A stretch of 64,000 nucleotides of DNA from Kiritimatiellia bacterium (lineage in GTDB: Bacteria; Verrucomicrobiota; Kiritimatiellia; RFP12; UBA1067), in the NCBI GenBank assembly GCA_050949565.1, contig JBMNFY010000017.1:1184001-1248000 (forward strand). The letters run 5' to 3'. The translations under genes were made by a program, and so were the position numbers. The stretch's first letter is position 1. Each line of letters begins with the position of its first letter. Positions 59,582-64,000 of this stretch are shown one piece after another. Under the pieces are notes generated by a model. It had not been told where the DNA came from. It was given only the letters and a program-made list of their open reading frames with translations, and did no database searches.

Positions 59582-60805
59582 ATGCAGATCAAACCGTTTG
59601 CCGCCCTGCGCCCCGCCCCCGAAAAAGCCGCTCTTGTCGCCGCCGTGCCCTACGATGTGGTTGATACCGCCGAGGCGCGCACCCTAGCCGCCGGCAATCC
59701 CGACAGCTTCCTGCATGTTTCGCGCCCTGAGATCGATCTGCCGGACAGCGTGGACATCCATGACGATGCCGTGTACGCGCAGGGTGTCAAGGCCTTCCGT
59801 GACCTTCAGGCGCGCGGCGCGCTGGTGCGTGAGGCTGACGAGCGGCTCTATGTCTACCGCCAGATTATGGGTGGCCACAGCCAGACCGGCGTGGTTGCTT
59901 GCTGTCACATTGATGACTATGCTTGCGACATCATTCGCAAACATGAGAAGACCCGCAAGGATAAAGAGGATGACCGTACGCGTCATTGCCTTGAGTTGAA
60001 TGCCAATTCCGGGCCGGTCTTTCTGACCTACCGCGACACTCCCGCGCTCGACGCGCTGGTTGCCGCCACCCAGCAGACGACTCCGCTTTACGACTTCACC
60101 GCGCCGGACGGCGTGCGTCACACGGTCTGGCGCGTCGAGGAGGACGCCGCCCCGTGGGTCGAAGCGTTTGCCGAGGTTCCGCTGGCTTACGTGGCGGACG
60201 GCCACCACCGCGCGGCTGCCGCTTTCCGCGCCGGCCAACAGCGTCGCGCCGCCAATCCGGCCCATACCGGGCGCGAGGAGTACAATTGGTTTCTCGCTGT
60301 ACTCTTCCCGGGAACCCAGTTGCGCATTCTGCCCTACAATCGCTGCGTGGCGGATCTCAACGGTCTCGCGCCCGAAGCTTTTCTGGCGCAGGTCTCCAAA
60401 ATCTTTACTACCGCTCCGGCTGACGGTGCTGATCCGACCGGTCCGCGTGAAGTGCGCATGTACCTCGCTGGCCGCTGGTATGCGCTCACTTGGGACGAGG
60501 TCGTGGCCGACGACCCGGTGAGCCGCCTTGATGTCAGCGTGTTGCAGGACCGCCTGCTTGCACCGGTGCTGGGTATCGATGATCCGCGCACTAGCATGCG
60601 CATTTCATTTGTCGGCGGCATTCGCGGCGCTGCTGAGCTGATCCGCCGCGTGGACGGCGGACGCGACGCGGTGGCCTTTTCGATGTACCCCGTGACTGTC
60701 GCTCAGATGATGGATGTCGCGGATGCGGGCAAGATCATGCCGCCCAAGAGTACTTGGTTCGAGCCCAAGCTACGTTCGGGCCTGCTGGTTCACACGCTGG
60801 ATTGA
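59582..60805 (+). CDS. DUF1015 family protein
   Basis: IKPFAALRP, PYDV, KHEKTR, YVADGHHR, MPPKSTWFEPKLRSGL; AGGAG RBS. Confidence 0.93.
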   Translation: MQIKPFAALRPAPEKAALVAAVPYDVVDTAEARTLAAGNPDSFLHVSRPEIDLPDSVDIHDDAVYAQGVKAFRDLQARGALVREADERLYVYRQIMGGHSQTGVVACCHIDDYACDIIRKHEKTRKDKEDDRTRHCLELNANSGPVFLTYRDTPALDALVAATQQTTPLYDFTAPDGVRHTVWRVEEDAAPWVEAFAEVPLAYVADGHHRAAAAFRAGQQRRAANPAHTGREEYNWFLAVLFPGTQLRILPYNRCVADLNGLAPEAFLAQVSKIFTTAPADGADPTGPREVRMYLAGRWYALTWDEVVADDPVSRLDVSVLQDRLLAPVLGIDDPRTSMRISFVGGIRGAAELIRRVDGGRDAVAFSMYPVTVAQMMDVADAGKIMPPKSTWFEPKLRSGLLVHTLD

Positions 60806-60811
60806 GTTGGT

Positions 60812-61351
60812 TCAAAGCGCCACGCGCTGGCCAGCCGACCGGCGTACCGGCTGCTGCGGCAGGAGGCCCGCCTCGTGGCGGGCGGCTTGCGGGTTATCAA
60901 CGATCACGCTGAAGACGCGGTAGCGCGCGGTGAGGCCGGAAGCCGACTTCAGCATCGGCGGCGGGTGGCCTTTGCCGGTGTAGGCCTTGCCGGTTTTGCG
61001 TGTCCGTTCGTTGAAGGCCGTCCAGCCTTCAGCATCTTCGGCTTCGAGGATTTCCTGCACATCCTCCTTCGAGAGCCGCGTGCGCGAATTTTCGAACGTG
61101 GCCTTTTCGTACCGGATGCGCAGCGTTACGTCGTTGACACTCGCCGCCGTGATGATCCAGTCGCCGTGGTAGTAGACGATGTTGCGCGCGTTCGCAAGAA
61201 TCATGTGCTCCGCATCGTCCAACTCCGTGCCGGCGCCACCGTAGCGCGCTTCACTCTGCTTGACACTTTCGCCCACGCGTGCCTGTGCCGCACAGACCAC
61301 GCTTAGCAAGCAAGCCATGGCCAAACTAACGATATCCATTCGCATCCTCAT
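60812..61351 (-). CDS. Hypothetical secreted protein
   Basis: Signal peptide AQA|RVGE...ARYG; overlaps the stop of the DtxR gene. Confidence 0.65.
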   Translation of the reverse strand: MRMRMDIVSLAMACLLSVVCAAQARVGESVKQSEARYGGAGTELDDAEHMILANARNIVYYHGDWIITAASVNDVTLRIRYEKATFENSRTRLSKEDVQEILEAEDAEGWTAFNERTRKTGKAYTGKGHPPPMLKSASGLTARYRVFSVIVDNPQAARHEAGLLPQQPVRRSAGQRVAL

Positions 61352-61731
61352 CGGGCGACCCTCCTTTTACGTGTGTGCGTTTTGACGAAGTCAGCGATGC
61401 GAGTCAAGGTCTCGGGGCTGAGAAAATGCTCCATCGCGCAGGCATCCTTCTCCGCTGTTTCGTCAGAGACCTTGAGCAGCGTCAAGAATTCCTTGAGCAG
61501 CGTATGGCGACCGAGAATCTCGCTGGCGGCATGCGTACCGGCCTCGGTGAGATCTACGGCACCATACGGCTCTTGGGTGACATAACCACGTTTCTTGAGT
61601 TCAAGCACCGCCTTGATGACTGAGGGCATCTTGACGTGCAACGCCTGCGCCACATCGCGCACGCGGGCACTGCCGTTCGTCTGCGCCAGTAGGTAGATGG
61701 TCTCCAAATAGTCTTCTAGGCTGTTGGTCAT
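61348..61731 (-). CDS. DtxR/MntR family metal-dependent regulator
   Basis: SLEDYLETIY, VKMPSV, RHTLLKEFL, DACAMEH. Confidence 0.93.
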   Translation of the reverse strand: MTNSLEDYLETIYLLAQTNGSARVRDVAQALHVKMPSVIKAVLELKKRGYVTQEPYGAVDLTEAGTHAASEILGRHTLLKEFLTLLKVSDETAEKDACAMEHFLSPETLTRIADFVKTHTRKRRVAR

Positions 61732-61788
61732 GTCACGTCCGCAACCTGAACGTTGGGCGTTGCCCCCCGTCCATTCACGGTGATGGGC

Positions 61789-62961
61789 TTACCGTTTCTT
61801 CTCGAAGCCCTGCTCGTTGATGATCTTCTGCAATCCGGCGCGCAGCGTGCAATCTTCCGGCAGAACCTTGTTGCGGATCAGGACGTTGAAGGCGTTGCGC
61901 AGACCGATGATCTCGCCTTTACGGCCCTCCAACTTCTGCTTGTCCATGCCGCCCAGTTCAGCGAGATAGGCATTCGCGATCGTCTTGATCTCGTTGATGC
62001 GGGGCTCCGTCTTTTCATAGGAGATAACCTCCAGCAAACGGTGGAGCGCCGCCGCCTTGTTGGGGTCGGCGGGGTTGGCCCGCGCATATAACTTGGCCGC
62101 AGTCTCGCGCCGCAGCGCCATCACGTCCGCCTCGTTGGCGGCCGGTCCGCCGTGCGTGGTATTAGCATAACGGGAAGGAATTTCGCGTAGCCAGATGTTG
62201 CGGAAGCGCACCGGATTGCCGTGGTCCTGAAGTTGCAGCGGCAACTTGTTCGCGTGCGGCTTCAACGGACGGCGGCGGCAATGCGTGGTCAGACCTTCCA
62301 TTTCCCAGTGATCCTGTACCAACACGCCGTTGTGGAAAACGGTGACCGATCCCGGCCACTTCAACGTCTCACCCTCCCAGATCGGCTGGTGAAATACGAT
62401 GTCATAGGTCTGCCATTCGCCCGGCTTGCGGCAGGCGTTCACCATCGGCGGATTCTCGGCATAGACCGACGCGGCTTGGCCGTCGGCATAGTTGGGATTC
62501 TTGTTACTGCCGTCAGGCAGGACTTCCGTCTCATAGGAGTCCAGCACCTGAATCTCATAGTTGCCCATCAGGAAGACGCCGCTGTTGCCGCGACCCTGGC
62601 CTTGCCCTTCGACCCGGATAGGTGCCGCCCACTCGATGTGCAACTGGCAGTCGCCGAACGACTGCTTGGTACGGATATAACCCGCGCCTTTGACCGACTC
62701 AAGCGCACCGTCCACCAGACGCCACTTGGTCGGCTCGCCCTTGGTGCTCTCCCAGTTGTCCAGCGAGGTGCCGTCAAAAAGGACAATCGCATCCGACGGC
62801 GGCTGGCCCGGCTCCGCCGTAATTTTCTTAGGCACCGGGCGATTCATGTCGTGTACCGCCCATGCATGCAATGCGTCAGGCGTATCGCCATACAATCCCG
62901 CCATCACTGTCGCCGCAGACCCTGCGGCCAGAGCCGCCACCATCATTCGTACGTGCTTCAT
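61789..62961 (-). CDS. DUF1080 (3-keto-disaccharide hydrolase-like) secreted protein
   Basis: PPSDAIVLFDG, FGDCQLHIEW, GNSGVF, YEIQVLDS, LQDHGNPVRFRNIW; GGAGG RBS. Confidence 0.88.
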   Translation of the reverse strand: MKHVRMMVAALAAGSAATVMAGLYGDTPDALHAWAVHDMNRPVPKKITAEPGQPPSDAIVLFDGTSLDNWESTKGEPTKWRLVDGALESVKGAGYIRTKQSFGDCQLHIEWAAPIRVEGQGQGRGNSGVFLMGNYEIQVLDSYETEVLPDGSNKNPNYADGQAASVYAENPPMVNACRKPGEWQTYDIVFHQPIWEGETLKWPGSVTVFHNGVLVQDHWEMEGLTTHCRRRPLKPHANKLPLQLQDHGNPVRFRNIWLREIPSRYANTTHGGPAANEADVMALRRETAAKLYARANPADPNKAAALHRLLEVISYEKTEPRINEIKTIANAYLAELGGMDKQKLEGRKGEIIGLRNAFNVLIRNKVLPEDCTLRAGLQKIINEQGFEKKR

Positions 62962-63067
62962 TCGCGTATTCCTCCAAAGATATAAACCGTCACTCGGTTG
63001 TTGCCGAACAGTGTGGCACAAAAGCACGCGGATGACAAACGTAATCACGGGCAAAGCCCGCGATGGG

Positions 63068-63147
63068 GTGTAAGGCTGTGAGGCTGTGAGGGGAAGTCAG
63101 GCGGCTCGTCCCCCAAAAAACTCCGTATCTCCGTACCTCCGTGGTGA
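63068..63147. repeat. GGCTGTGA 8-mer array and CTCCGT array
   Basis: GTGTAAGGCTGTGAGGCTGTGAGG; CTCCGTATCTCCGTACCTCCGTGGTG. Confidence 0.65.
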
Positions 63148-63216
63148 AAAAGGCACGTTTCATGCTCTTTGTTGAGCGGAACTACGGACCGTGGTACTAT
63201 GCCCGTGAATGCGTAG

Positions 63217-63327
63217 GTGGCTCTGGTACATTCTTGCAAAACCCCTCGTGGCATGGGCGTCCCGCCCATGAAACACGGGCAAGATGCCCGTGCCACACCT
63301 GAAAGCACTGGGTTTTGCAAGAGCCAC
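63217..63327. mobile_element. Third, degenerate MITE/REP-doublet copy in reverse orientation
   Basis: Same REP core; ends GTGGCTCT[insertion]TCTTGCAAAACCCC / GGGTTTTGCAAGAGCCAC; no target duplication visible. Confidence 0.72.
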
Positions 63328-63363
63328 ACATCGTGTGATAAAATCTAAACTCGGACGGCAAAG

Positions 63364-64000
63364 ATGAAAAAGACGACATTACACGCTTTTATCAGTGACG
63401 CGCTCAGGGTGGCATGCGCAGTGATGGGTTTTGCGCTTGCGGCATCGGGTGCTCCTTTGACCGAACGCGAAGTGCTCGACAGATTATCCATCTGGATGGA
63501 CGGCCATCCGGTGATGGGCAGTCTGGCGGGAAGCACCATCGCGTCAACAGTTCGATTTCCGGAAAACGGCGATGCCTACAGCGTGTACGTTGTGGCGTTC
63601 TCGCCGATCGGCTATGCCGTGCTCAACAGTGATGACCGGCTGCCGCTTACCGTCGCCTTTAGTGCATCGTCAAGCGTCAATTTGGCCGACCTGCCCGATA
63701 ACGCCTTCCGCGCCGCTCTGCTGACCCATGCAGAAAAGGCACTGCAAGCGCTGCGCGGGATGGACGCCGCGGCCGCGCCCGACCTCTCCTACCGCCGCGC
63801 CGCGAGCCGCGGACCTCTGAGCATTGAGCAATACGGTCCCTTCCTGACGACTACTTGGAACCAGTGCAATCCGTACAACCTACTGTGCCCTGATGACCCC
63901 AACGGCAGTGATTACTACGGACACCGCGTGCCGTCCGGTTGCACGCCGACCGCCTACGCGCAGGTGCTCTACTACCACCGCTGGCCGCTCTACGGACAAG
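63364..64000 (+). CDS. Peptidase C10 (streptopain-like) with prodomain, runs off window
   Basis: Manual translation: GYAVLNSDDRLP prodomain; PFLTTTWNQCNPYNLLCP; SGCTPTAYAQVLYYHRWP with catalytic Cys. Confidence 0.85.
   Translation, partial: MKKTTLHAFISDALRVACAVMGFALAASGAPLTEREVLDRLSIWMDGHPVMGSLAGSTIASTVRFPENGDAYSVYVVAFSPIGYAVLNSDDRLPLTVAFSASSSVNLADLPDNAFRAALLTHAEKALQALRGMDAAAAPDLSYRRAASRGPLSIEQYGPFLTTTWNQCNPYNLLCPDDPNGSDYYGHRVPSGCTPTAYAQVLYYHRWPLYGQ

Overview
GC-rich chromosomal window, probably from a PVC-superphylum bacterium such as Kiritimatiellota/Lentisphaerae. That assignment is inferred from Tat-exported Gfo/Idh/MocA enzymes, an HzsA-like protein, DUF1080 and a C-terminal PKGTMFLLR motif. 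Two housekeeping/carbohydrate regions flank an accessory block. The left region (1-19 kb) has a DegT aminotransferase, GH109, pgl, alr, an ABC exporter, recN and eboF/eboD. The right region (44-64 kb) has prmC, an S1 protein, pdxJ, fhs, a decarboxylase, a DtxR regulator and a C10 peptidase. The accessory block (19-44 kb) starts with a XylR/GH115 pair bracketed by identical 19-bp direct repeats and an orphan four-way-junction RNA candidate. A ~16.4-kb tightly coupled defence operon follows: xis-like HTH, hsdM, hsdS, four-helix-bundle protein, DUF1016, hsdR, HARE-HTH Mrr, Swt1-HEPN/SNF2 helicase, sacsin-like GHKL/HNH-like protein and a RecD-like gene. The operon is cut by an IS66 remnant that itself contains an IS630. 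Intergenic DNA is rich in short repeat families: REP doublets (some inside a MITE with target duplications), 7/8/9-mer tandem arrays in inverted pairs, and a hairpin+(TTTAGGA)n unit. The best candidates for new biology are the HEPN-SNF2/sacsin/RecD module, the heptamer-flanked four-helix-bundle cassette with an empty in-frame copy inside hsdM, the cloverleaf RNA, and the ACCTGTCCCTT-delimited segments. No rRNA, tRNA, CRISPR array or integrase was seen. All family calls come from motif recognition, not database searches.
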